This document shows, one piece after another, positions 8,998 to 17,233 of a stretch of 64,000 nt of DNA. Positions within the stretch are counted from its first letter, which is position 1; every line of letters starts with the position of its first letter. A program made the position numbers and the translations under genes. The DNA is from Dehalococcoidales bacterium. Its GTDB lineage: Bacteria > Chloroflexota > Dehalococcoidia > Dehalococcoidales > UBA5760. The notes under the pieces were generated by a model, which saw nothing but the letters and a program-made list of their open reading frames with translations, made no database searches and was not told the DNA's origin. The stretch spans positions 6,417-70,416 of the forward strand of contig DAOULZ010000004.1 in NCBI GenBank assembly GCA_034414575.1, in the 5' to 3' direction.

Positions 8998-9348
8998 ATG
9001 CTAGTTCTGTATGAGAAAGCCAAAAATGAATGTAACTACCATGCCGACCGCTTTCTCCAGGAGGTGAAAGAGATAGGTGGTCTAGCGGTAGCCAAGGAGC
9101 GGCTTTCCAGTGACACACCTAGAAACGCTCTATACCGGCTCCATAAACTCGGCAGGCTTGACATCTGCATAGAATGCCTGGTACTGCGCACCCAGTTTAA
9201 GGAGCTCTTCACGGAGGAGGAATTAGACAGAGCCAGAAAGCGCCTCCACAGTCTTGATTTCGAGATTCAAACAGAGGACAACTCCCACCTCAATCCTCTT
9301 CTCTGGCAAAATGAGAGTGAAGCGCAGGAGAGCACGAGGTATAAATAG
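8998..9348 (+). CDS. Hypothetical protein
   Basis: 116-aa ORF in the lysS-serS spacer, lower GC. No family assigned with confidence. Confidence 0.5.
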   Translation: MLVLYEKAKNECNYHADRFLQEVKEIGGLAVAKERLSSDTPRNALYRLHKLGRLDICIECLVLRTQFKELFTEEELDRARKRLHSLDFEIQTEDNSHLNPLLWQNESEAQESTRYK

Positions 9349-9357
9349 GAGAATACC

Positions 9358-10593
9358 ATGCTTGACCTGAAATTTATCCGCGAGAATATAGATTTAGTGA
9401 GGGAGGCAGTCGCCAAGCGTAAAGACAGCGCCCCGCTGGATGAAATTCTGGAACTCGATGCTAAGCGCCGCCAGCGGGTAACCGAACTGGAAGACCTGAG
9501 GCGGGCCAGAAAAGAAGCTGCGCGCCAGAAAACCGCAGTTGAGGAAGGTCGCAAATTACGCACCAAGATAAGAGGGTTGGAAGATGAGGTCAGAAACCTG
9601 GATACCAAGCTGGAGGAGCTGCTCTTACAGGTCCCCAACATCCCCCAGCCCACCGTGCCCGCAGGCAGCGGTGAGGAAGATAACGTCGTGGTGCGCACCT
9701 GGAGAGAGCCGAAGAGCTTTGATTTCGAGCCGACCCCCCACTGGAAACTAGGGGAATCTCTAGGTATCATTGACTTTGACCGCGGGGTGAAGCTATCTGG
9801 CTCCCGCTTCTACGTACTCAAAGGGCTGGGCGCCCACCTGCAGCGAGCCCTCATCTCCCTCATGCTCGATCTCCATACCAAGGAACACGGCTTTAAAGAA
9901 ATCTATCCACCGTTTATGGTCAAGCGGGAGTGCATGACGGCCACGGGTAACCTGCCAAAATTTGCCGATAACCTCTACCACGATGATGAAGATGACTTCT
10001 GGTTCGTGCCTACCGCCGAGGTACCACTGACCAACCTTCACCGCGAAGAAATCATACCGCCAGGAGTGCTGCCCCTGTACTATGTCGCTTACACCGCCTG
10101 CTTTCGCCGGGAGAAGATGAGCGCCGGTAAGGACACGCGAGGGATAAAACGGGGCCACCAGTTTGATAAAGTAGAGCTATATAAGTTCACCGAGCCGTCC
10201 ACCTCGAATGAGGAGTTAGAAACAATGGTCAGCGCTGCGGAGAAGGTCTGCCAGAGACTTAAAGTACCCTACCGCGTTCTGGAACTATGCACCGCAGAAT
10301 TGGGCTTTGCCTCTACCAAATCCTACGATATTGAGATGTGGGCCCCCGGCTGCAACGAGTGGCTGGAGGTAAGCTCCTGCTCCAACTGCGGTGATTTCCA
10401 GGCCCGACGGGCCAACATCCGTTATCGCCCTTCCCCCGATGCCAAATCCCAGTTCGTGCACACCCTGAACGGCTCGGGGCTAGCCTTACCCCGGGTACTT
10501 ATCGCCGTCATGGAAAACTACCAGCAAGCTGACGGCAGTATTGCCATCCCGGAAGCTCTCCAGCCCTATGTAGATGCTCAGGTAATCAGATAG
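9358..10593 (+). CDS. serS: Serine--tRNA ligase
   Basis: N-terminal coiled-coil arm, then class II core motifs TACFRRE and NGSGLALPRVLIAVMENYQ. Confidence 0.95.
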   Translation: MLDLKFIRENIDLVREAVAKRKDSAPLDEILELDAKRRQRVTELEDLRRARKEAARQKTAVEEGRKLRTKIRGLEDEVRNLDTKLEELLLQVPNIPQPTVPAGSGEEDNVVVRTWREPKSFDFEPTPHWKLGESLGIIDFDRGVKLSGSRFYVLKGLGAHLQRALISLMLDLHTKEHGFKEIYPPFMVKRECMTATGNLPKFADNLYHDDEDDFWFVPTAEVPLTNLHREEIIPPGVLPLYYVAYTACFRREKMSAGKDTRGIKRGHQFDKVELYKFTEPSTSNEELETMVSAAEKVCQRLKVPYRVLELCTAELGFASTKSYDIEMWAPGCNEWLEVSSCSNCGDFQARRANIRYRPSPDAKSQFVHTLNGSGLALPRVLIAVMENYQQADGSIAIPEALQPYVDAQVIR

Positions 10594-10652
10594 CCTTAAA
10601 AATAGCCAAGGTTCATGCCCTGAATAAAGACGGCTAGTCCTCTGACAAGGAG

Positions 10653-11081
10653 GTGGCAATGGATTACGAGGATATAATCCCGGAAGGATTGGAAGGCAAG
10701 ACTCAGGCAGAGCGGCGGAAGATTATTAGACGCTGGGAAGAGCTTTGTGACCTCAAGCAGGACATACTGGATGGGGAAATGCCCTCTTCTCACGAGCAAC
10801 TACCCGAAGTAGAAAGGGAGCTATCCCAGCTAAGCAAACAGCTCGAACCGAGAGAGCCGATACCGGAGACAGGTGTTCTCATTAAAGGCGATAAGCAGTA
10901 TATCCTGTGCCCTCGATGCGGAACCTTCGTTCAAATCAGCAAGAACCGAATTAGCGAACTGGCACTAGAATTCAAAGGGACACCGGAAGAGGGCCAGGCA
11001 ACCGATAAATACCTAATCAGAAGCATAACCTGTCCCGTCTGCAAATGGGGGCTTGGCATCCCGGAAGAGCATAGTATATAA
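10653..11081 (+). CDS. Hypothetical zinc-ribbon protein
   Basis: 142 aa. CPRC...CPVC pair in the C-terminal half. GGAGG upstream of the ATG. Confidence 0.55.
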   Translation: MAMDYEDIIPEGLEGKTQAERRKIIRRWEELCDLKQDILDGEMPSSHEQLPEVERELSQLSKQLEPREPIPETGVLIKGDKQYILCPRCGTFVQISKNRISELALEFKGTPEEGQATDKYLIRSITCPVCKWGLGIPEEHSI

Positions 11082-11122
11082 GACGTATAGACCCAGGGGA
11101 CACAGGACGGAAGGAGACCAAA

Positions 11123-11503
11123 TTGAGAGGTAAGGCTAAAATCTTTCTGCTAAGCAGTCTGGCGGCTTTACTGGTGGTGCCAACCCTCGGTTGTGGCTTT
11201 TTAGAGAACCTGATAAACCCACCTGCCCTAAACAGGCAAGAGGCCGTTGCCATCATCCTGGTTGCCGGTACCCCCTACATTGATGATTACATCGTGGAAG
11301 CCTTAGGGGAGGAAGAGGCTCAGGCCTACGGCAAGATAGGGACGGCGACCCCAACCGGAGAGTGGGATGCCACTTACCAGGGTGACGGTAAATGGGAAGT
11401 CCGAGGCCCAGTGATAACTAAAAATTGGGGCGAGTGCTTAACTATCTGGACGATCAATGAGGCGGATAGTAAGGTACGGCTTATTGGGTTTAACTGCGAC
11501 TAA
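11123..11503 (+). CDS. Putative lipoprotein
   Basis: TTG start with GGAAGGAG 5 nt upstream. Signal peptide with lipobox LGC (LLVVPTLGCGF). Confidence 0.6.
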   Translation: MRGKAKIFLLSSLAALLVVPTLGCGFLENLINPPALNRQEAVAIILVAGTPYIDDYIVEALGEEEAQAYGKIGTATPTGEWDATYQGDGKWEVRGPVITKNWGECLTIWTINEADSKVRLIGFNCD

Positions 11504-11545
11504 ACACCATTTGGCGGCAACAGTCACTGGAGGAGACAGGGGATA

Positions 11546-11935
11546 ATGGCACGATATGCCGAGGACATGCTGGTGGATAAGAAAGACCAGCTTGAGAAGA
11601 TTGAGGGGGTGTGTCTTCCCAACGAGACAATCAGGGCCGTTTTCGATATGAAGGGCGGTGGTACTGGGTTCATTGGGCTTACTGACAGGCGAGTCATCTA
11701 CTACGACAAAGCCTTCCTGAAGAAAAAGAAGGCGATGGTGAGCATCCCTTACAATCGCATTGCCTGCGTAGCCAGTGAGGATAATAGCGGTTTCTTCATC
11801 AGGAGCGGTTTCCTGGTCAGTGATACTCTCACCATCGAGCCGATAGGACTTGAGCCGAGAACCTTTGTCTTCAGGGGCGGTGACAAGGCTCACCAGGCCC
11901 ACAACATCATTATGGAATACCTGCTCCAAGAATAA
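11546..11935 (+). CDS. Bacterial PH-domain-like protein
   Basis: 129 aa. IGLTDRRVIYYDKAF...VSIPYNRIA resembles YokE/bPH-type PH domains. Confidence 0.55.
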   Translation: MARYAEDMLVDKKDQLEKIEGVCLPNETIRAVFDMKGGGTGFIGLTDRRVIYYDKAFLKKKKAMVSIPYNRIACVASEDNSGFFIRSGFLVSDTLTIEPIGLEPRTFVFRGGDKAHQAHNIIMEYLLQE

Positions 11936-12097
11936 GTTGAGCGATTTCACTAGAGCCCCTGTAACCAAGAACCGCCTACAGGGTTGACAACTCCCCAGCT
12001 TACGATTAGGATAGCCCTAAAGAGGTTTGCCCGGGAGAACCCATAACAAGAAGATGGCAACCTTTGCTATCAGGCAAAATCTGGACGGTCAGGAGAG

Positions 12098-12496
12098 ATG
12101 AGATTAAAAAAACTACTCTCCCGCTTTGCCTACGGCTATAAGGCCTACACCCTCATCGAGCTACTGGTAGTAATCGGTCTGCTCGGTGTTTTGGCCTCCA
12201 TAGCCATCCCCAGTGTACTCAAATTCATGAATAAAGGGGAAGAGGAAACGAAGGGAGCTGAGCACCACAATGTCCAGTTGGTGGTACAGGTAATGATAAT
12301 AGATGCAGGCAAGACTGAGGAAGAGCCTGAATTAGACGACGATTATTACGGGGTCCAAACATCTGAACAAATTCAGGCAGTTACTGCCGGGGATGGAGCA
12401 TATAGTTTGGATGATTATCTCCTCAAGTTCGGCGGCGCAACCGAGTTTAAGCAGGCGTATGATATCAGCAAAAAGGGCGTCGTAACCGTGGATTAG
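12098..12496 (+). CDS. Type IV pilin-like protein (prepilin-type N-terminal domain), orphan
   Basis: The leader ends ...GYKA, followed by YTLIELLVVIGLLGVLASIAIP. This is the class III signal peptide with Glu at +5. No pilus assembly genes are nearby. Confidence 0.7.
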   Translation: MRLKKLLSRFAYGYKAYTLIELLVVIGLLGVLASIAIPSVLKFMNKGEEETKGAEHHNVQLVVQVMIIDAGKTEEEPELDDDYYGVQTSEQIQAVTAGDGAYSLDDYLLKFGGATEFKQAYDISKKGVVTVD

Positions 12497-12513
12497 GCAG
12501 AGCAAACTAACAA

Positions 12514-12753
12514 CTACTCTATCTGTGCCTCCATCTCATCCTCGTGTACCACAAGCTCTTTCTGGTCAGTCTCAACCTGCACCGTGTAAATATAGAAGAC
12601 CTGAGCCCCCCTGTCCAGGCTTATCCAATAAAAATCGGTAACTCTACCAATTTGCCCAGCGTAAGGTTCTAAAGCCGAGTCTCTGGGGGACAGTGACTGG
12701 GTACTGACCGGCCTTATTACGACTCTCTGTCCTATCTCATATTTTGAAGCCAC
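12514..12753 (-). CDS. Hypothetical small protein
   Basis: 79-aa ORF on the minus strand. No overlap with other calls and no recognisable family. Confidence 0.45.
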   Translation of the reverse strand: MASKYEIGQRVVIRPVSTQSLSPRDSALEPYAGQIGRVTDFYWISLDRGAQVFYIYTVQVETDQKELVVHEDEMEAQIE

Positions 12754-12904
12754 TAAATTACTTCCCTAAATCTCTGGTGAATAATAGTTCCAGATGGCAC
12801 ACTTGTCAATACCTAACGGGAATTTGCCCGGCTTTTTGCGTTACACTTGATGAAAGATTTAGAATGTAAACGATGAAAATTAAAAAAATAAGGGGGCTTT
12901 TATA

Positions 12905-13331
12905 ATGAAAGCCAAGATAGTTATGATATGCGCTCTGGCAACAGTAGCAACCCTGCTGTTTGGTTGCGCGGCCAGCTTCGCAACAAGCTTCTATTGAAGT
13001 CTCCTGTGACGATTTTGCGAGTCAAAACCACATACTCGGCGAACTGAGTATCAAAGCCGGCAACTCATTCACCGTGACTCTATGTTCCAACCCCACCACC
13101 GGTTTCCAGTGGGAGTCCGCCGTAATCAGCGACCAGAGTGTGCTCAAAGAGACAAGCCACCAGTATATCAGCCCTGAGGACGAGAATCTGGTCGGGGCAG
13201 CGGGTAGAGACGTCTGGACATTCCAGGCGCTTAAGCAAGGCACCAGCACCATTTCCATCCAGTACAGCCGGCCGTGGGAAGGTGGCGAAAAGGGAGTGTG
13301 GACCTTTACCGCAGCCGTCACCGTTAAATAG
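12905..13331 (+). pseudogene. Chagasin-family (I42) cysteine-peptidase inhibitor lipoprotein, apparently frameshifted after the signal peptide
   Basis: The mature part (ORF 12960..13331) carries the NPTTGFQWE chagasin signature. ATG 12905 (AAGGGGG upstream) encodes MKAKIVMICALATVATLLFGC (lipobox) in another frame and stops at 12995-12997. Both frames are open only between 12948 and 12997. Confidence 0.65.
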
Positions 13332-13357
13332 AAACTATCTATACCATCTCAGAATGA

Positions 13358-13387
13358 GGGGGCTCACTCCCGGGTGAGTCCCTTTTG
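13358..13387 (+). terminator. Intrinsic terminator after the inhibitor gene
   Basis: GGGGCTCAC TCCCGG GTGAGTCCC forms a 9-bp stem with one G-U pair, followed by TTTTG. Confidence 0.7.
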
Positions 13388-13584
13388 CTATTAGAAATCT
13401 AGCCGAGCATTGGTATGCATAATTATACACAGCGGGAGGGGTCATACAAACAATGTATAACTCCATCCAGCGTAAGATTAAGGGCACGGTGTGATGAACT
13501 GGTTTCTCCACTGCACATTCCTGACAAATGTGCAATCTCGCTTCATTTAGGGCTGACCTCAGTATCAATACCTACCCTGAAGTA

Positions 13585-13613
13585 TTGACAATCTGAGGTT
13601 GTGGTCATATGCT
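13585..13613 (+). promoter_or_regulatory. Sigma70-type promoter of mop
   Basis: TTGACA (13585-13590), 17 nt, TATGCT (13608-13613). Confidence 0.55.
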
Positions 13614-13653
13614 GTGTCCGCACCTAATAACAAACTATGTACGGAGGATCAAG

Positions 13654-13863
13654 ATGAAAATCAGCGCCAGAAACATGTTAAAGGGCAAAGTGAAGAACGT
13701 GAAGCCCGGGGTTGTGAATACAGAGGTAGTGGTCGAACTTCCTGGTGGGGGCACTATTACTTCAATAATAACGAAGGAATCCGCTGAAAGACTAGCCTTA
13801 GCAGCAGGGAAAGATGTCTATGCTGTTATCAAAGCCTCCAACGTCATGATTGCCGTTGATTGA
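13654..13863 (+). CDS. mop: Molybdopterin/molybdate-binding TOBE-domain protein (molbindin, Mop)
   Basis: I start at ATG 13654 (GGAGGA at 13643-13648) rather than the track's 13609. MKISARNMLKGKVKNVKPGVVNTEVVVELPGG...AVIKASNVMIAV is a single TOBE/Mop domain of 69 aa. Confidence 0.85.
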   Translation: MKISARNMLKGKVKNVKPGVVNTEVVVELPGGGTITSIITKESAERLALAAGKDVYAVIKASNVMIAVD

Positions 13864-13921
13864 CAACGAGCTCATTAACCCTGCCCCGATCAGCCCGAGC
13901 GGGTTCCGCACGGTGGCTAGC

Positions 13922-13951
13922 TTGACAGAGATCCTCCCTCTGTGCTAATCT
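13922..13951 (+). promoter_or_regulatory. Sigma70-type promoter (extended -10) driving the riboswitch/transporter operon
   Basis: TTGACA (13922-13927), 18 nt, TGC-TAATCT (13943-13951). Confidence 0.5.
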
Positions 13952-13965
13952 CGCCAGTGGAATTT

Positions 13966-14062
13966 AGTCTCCGAGCTACTTTGCCTAAAGGAAATCCCAG
14001 GGTAAGTAGCCGAGAGGGTATCACTGGAAACGGTGATGCCTCCCGTGTTTGGAAAGGAGAGT
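13966..14062 (+). promoter_or_regulatory. Moco (molybdenum cofactor) riboswitch-like element, copy 1
   Basis: P1 is UCUCC (13968-72) paired with GGAGA (14056-60). Also present: conserved CCGAG, a CCUAAAG receptor-like segment, the hairpin AUCACUG-GAAA-CGGUGAU with a GNRA loop, and GCCUCCC...GGAAAGGAG. P2 is GCUACUU/AAGUAGC. Confidence 0.75.
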
Positions 14063-14085
14063 AACTTGCTAAGGTGTTGTTTGTT

Positions 14086-14123
14086 AAGAGAGGGTATTCT
14101 TAGTGAGAACGCCTTCTCTTTTT
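14086..14123 (+). terminator. Intrinsic terminator (likely expression platform of riboswitch copy 1)
   Basis: AAGAGAGGGTATTC (14086-99) pairs with GAACGCCTTCTCTT (14107-20): 14 positions with 1 mismatch and 2 G-U pairs. TTTTTG follows. Confidence 0.6.
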
Positions 14124-14158
14124 GTATTGTTTAATTACACCAGGCTACAGAATTTAAA

Positions 14159-14255
14159 CTCTCCGAGCCAGTTTACCTAAAGGGCTCACCTATGGTAATT
14201 GGCCGGTAGGGTATCACTGGAAACGGTGACGCCTCCCGTATTTGGAAAGGAGAGG
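14159..14255 (+). promoter_or_regulatory. Moco riboswitch-like element, copy 2 (3' strand overlaps the SD of the permease gene)
   Basis: P1 is CUCUCC (14159-64) paired with GGAGAG (14249-54). The conserved core matches copy 1. P2 is GCCAGUU/AAUUGGC, which differs from copy 1 by compensatory changes (U-A to C-G, C-G to G-U). CCUAAAG and CUAUGG look like tetraloop-receptor elements. Confidence 0.8.
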
Positions 14256-14349
14256 TAGCATTGATCGCCACAGCCCCACCCTTTCTGATAATCATCTCAA
14301 GATCAGGGATGCTTTTTCATGCCGCGATTTTTATTCGCCGGGGGTTCAT

Positions 14350-15144
14350 TTGGTTAAAGAATGGCTGAGATCCAATAAACTGACACTGACTTTTGTGCTA
14401 CTTGGGGCCATCATTTTCCTGTTCATCATTGTGCCTCTATTCCGTATGATTTTTGCCTCCGACCCCGACATATTAAGGGAGACCCTGTTCGACCCTGAGG
14501 TAACGAAAGCTATACTACTTACCTTATGGGCAGCCCTTATCGCCACCGCAGTTGGTTTCGTACTTGGGGTACCTCTGGCTTACCTGCTGGCTCGTCATGA
14601 ATTCCGAGGCAAGAGAATAGTCGAGGGGTTAATTGATGTCCCGATAGTCGTACCCCACACTGCCGCTGGTATCGCTCTGCTCTTTGTGTTTGGTCGCAAC
14701 TTTCTCATGGGCAGGGCCTTCGACTCGGTAGGTGTCCAATTCGTTGATTCCACAGCCGGTATCGTGGTGGCTATGCTATTTGTCAGTGTTCCCTTCCTCA
14801 TAGATTCGGCTAAGGAGGGCTTTAAAAAGGTAGATGTAAGGCTAGAAAAAGTAGCTCGTACCCTAGGTGCTTCATCTTGGCAAACATTCTTCAAGGTTTC
14901 TTTTCCACTAGCCTGGAGAAGCATACTTTCGGGAAACATAATGATGTGGGCCCGTGGTATAAGCGAGTTTGGGGCAGTTATCATTCTTGCCTATCACCCC
15001 ATGATTGCCCCAACACTAATTTATGAGAGATTCGAAACCTATGGTCTCACCTACTCCCGGCCCGTGGCGGTATTACTCATTTTGATTAGCCTCATCATTT
15101 TTGTCGTCCTCAGAACCTTAGTGCAGAGGGGGGCGAAAAGATGA
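14350..15144 (+). CDS. wtpB: Molybdate/tungstate ABC transporter permease (WtpB/ModB-like)
   Basis: Multi-TM protein with the ABC permease EAA-type loop (DSAKEGFKKVDVRLEKVARTLGAS). The start is uncertain. The track start TTG 14242 lies inside the riboswitch and upstream of the SD. In-frame options are ATT 14260 (4 nt after GGAGAGG) or TTG 14350 (GGGGG 5 nt upstream). Confidence 0.8.
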   Translation: MVKEWLRSNKLTLTFVLLGAIIFLFIIVPLFRMIFASDPDILRETLFDPEVTKAILLTLWAALIATAVGFVLGVPLAYLLARHEFRGKRIVEGLIDVPIVVPHTAAGIALLFVFGRNFLMGRAFDSVGVQFVDSTAGIVVAMLFVSVPFLIDSAKEGFKKVDVRLEKVARTLGASSWQTFFKVSFPLAWRSILSGNIMMWARGISEFGAVIILAYHPMIAPTLIYERFETYGLTYSRPVAVLLILISLIIFVVLRTLVQRGAKR

Positions 15145-16187
15145 TTAAGGTAAGGAACCTGTGGGTAGACCTGGGTGACTTCGTGTTACAAAATGCCAAC
15201 CTAGATATCTCTAACGGCGAATATTTTGTAATTCTGGGACCCACCGGAGCCGGTAAGACAGTTCTGCTTGAGTCTATGGCCGGTCTTTATCCACTTAAAG
15301 AAGGGCGCATCTGGCTAAATGGCGATGAGGTTACGAGGCTCGAACCTGAAAAGCGAGGCATTAGCATCGTCTATCAAGACCAGATGCTTTTCCCTCACCT
15401 CTCCGTCAGGGACAATATCACCTTTGGCCTAAGAATTCGTAAGATGAGGCCTTCAGAAACAGAACAGACTCTGAGCTGGCTATCAGGATTATTGGAAATA
15501 CATCACCTGCTTAATCGTAAGCCAGAGACACTAAGCGGTGGTGAAAAACAAAAAGTAGCTCTGGCTCGAGCATTAAGTGTTAAGCCAAAGCTCCTCCTGC
15601 TTGATGAACCACTCAGTGCCCTTGACCCCAATAATCGCGAAAACCTACAGCGCGAGCTTCGCAAAATACATGAACAATACCGGGTCACTACGGTTCACGT
15701 TACCCACGATTTTGAAGAGGCCATTGCTCTGGCTGATCGCGTCGCTGTAATCGGAGACGGCTGCATCCAACAGATAGGTACTCCGGAGCAGATATTCCGC
15801 CAGCCCGGTTCTGAGTTCGTAGCCCGCTTCGCTATGGTGAGGAATATCTTCCGTGGGGAAGTAGTCGATGGTGAAAAGGGAGACACCTTATTTTACTTCG
15901 ATGGAACCCGCATATTTGTTGTCACCGAGCACCGTGGGAAGGGTCACGCTTCTCTTCGCCCTGAAGACATAATTGTCTCCCATGCCCCCTTCCCATCCAG
16001 TGCCCGTAATTCATTTTCGGGGATCATAACCTCCATCATCGACAAGGGTTCTACACTACTCCTTACGGTAAAGGTTCCCCCAGATTTTGTGTGCCTTATT
16101 ACCAGGAACTCCTTCGACGCTATGGGTCTATCGGTTGGCAACAAAATCTACCTGACTTTTAAGGCATCTGCCGTCAATATCTTCTAG
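15141..16187 (+). CDS. wtpC: Molybdate/tungstate ABC transporter ATP-binding protein with C-terminal TOBE domain
   Basis: Walker A GPTGAGKT, signature LSGGEKQKVALARAL, Walker B LLLLDEP. The C-terminal ~110 aa are TOBE-like. Overlaps the permease stop by 4 nt. Confidence 0.9.
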   Translation: MIKVRNLWVDLGDFVLQNANLDISNGEYFVILGPTGAGKTVLLESMAGLYPLKEGRIWLNGDEVTRLEPEKRGISIVYQDQMLFPHLSVRDNITFGLRIRKMRPSETEQTLSWLSGLLEIHHLLNRKPETLSGGEKQKVALARALSVKPKLLLLDEPLSALDPNNRENLQRELRKIHEQYRVTTVHVTHDFEEAIALADRVAVIGDGCIQQIGTPEQIFRQPGSEFVARFAMVRNIFRGEVVDGEKGDTLFYFDGTRIFVVTEHRGKGHASLRPEDIIVSHAPFPSSARNSFSGIITSIIDKGSTLLLTVKVPPDFVCLITRNSFDAMGLSVGNKIYLTFKASAVNIF

Positions 16188-16261
16188 AGAGGAGGCGCGT
16201 TGTGAAAGAGTAAACACTTCTAAAGTTTCATATCAAAGGTGATTATCTGGAGGTTAGTTAC

Positions 16262-17233
16262 ATGAAGAGATTTTCAGTTATTGGGCTTTGCTTAACCGTG
16301 AGCCTAGTATCAAGCCTAGCGGTCGGGTGTGCCCGTCAGTCGGCTCCCGAGCCTGAACTATCAGGAACGCTACATATATTTCACGCAGGAAGCCTGACCA
16401 TACCGTTTGAAGAAATAACCGAGGGTTTTAATGAGCTATATCCCGATGTGGAAGTTCTGGCTGAGGGAGCCGGCAGCGCGACTACCATTCGTAAGGTAAC
16501 CGAATTACAGAGGGAGTGTGGCGTTATCGGTTCAGCCGATTACACACTTATTCCACAGCTCATGTTCCCAGATTATGCTGACTGGTATATCATCTTCGCT
16601 ACCAACCAGATGTGTATTGTATACACCGACAGCTCTCAATCTGCCAATGAGATAAATAGCGACAACTGGTATGAGATACTCCAGAGAGAAGGCGTTACCT
16701 ACGGGCGCAGTGATCCTGACCAGGACCCGTGCGGCTACCGGACGCTGATGGTCTGGCAGCTGGCCGAGGAGCACTACAGCGCGTCCGGGTTATATGATGC
16801 CCTTTATCAAGCCGAAGGAGACGTCATGCGGCCGAAGTCCGTTGACCTGATTGCTCTTCTGGAGTCAGGCGACCTGGACTATGCTTTTGAGTACACTTCA
16901 GTAGCCTCCCAGCACGGGCTGAACTACGTAACCTTACCGCCTCAGATAAACCTGGCTGACGAAACCTATAGTGATTTCTATGCTACTGCCGTAGTAGATA
17001 TTGCGGGTACGGAGCCAGGAACTACGATAGAGCAAAAGGGTAAGGCCATCGTCTATGGGGTTACCATGCCCACCAATTCTCCTGAGCATGACCTGGGCGT
17101 AGCCTGGATTGATTATCTGCTGAGTGAAGAAGGTAATGCCATTATGGAGGCAAGCGGTCAACCTCCGGTGGTACCAGCCCAGACCAATGACCAGAGCCTA
17201 GTACCTGAGTCGCTGCAGAAATATCTTGATTAG
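16262..17233 (+). CDS. wtpA: Tungstate/molybdate-binding periplasmic lipoprotein, WtpA type
   Basis: Lipobox LAVGC. IFHAGSLTIPFEE, AGSATTIRKVTEL, ADYTLIP, NWYEIL, DPCGYRT and GDLDYAFEYTSVA match my recollection of WtpA rather than ModA (which has FAAASL). Confidence 0.75.
   Translation: MKRFSVIGLCLTVSLVSSLAVGCARQSAPEPELSGTLHIFHAGSLTIPFEEITEGFNELYPDVEVLAEGAGSATTIRKVTELQRECGVIGSADYTLIPQLMFPDYADWYIIFATNQMCIVYTDSSQSANEINSDNWYEILQREGVTYGRSDPDQDPCGYRTLMVWQLAEEHYSASGLYDALYQAEGDVMRPKSVDLIALLESGDLDYAFEYTSVASQHGLNYVTLPPQINLADETYSDFYATAVVDIAGTEPGTTIEQKGKAIVYGVTMPTNSPEHDLGVAWIDYLLSEEGNAIMEASGQPPVVPAQTNDQSLVPESLQKYLD

Noticed and set aside
13335-13568. 77-aa minus-strand ORF between the inhibitor gene and mop
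   Set aside because: It has no SD. It spans a terminator and the mop promoter region, and its composition looks non-coding.
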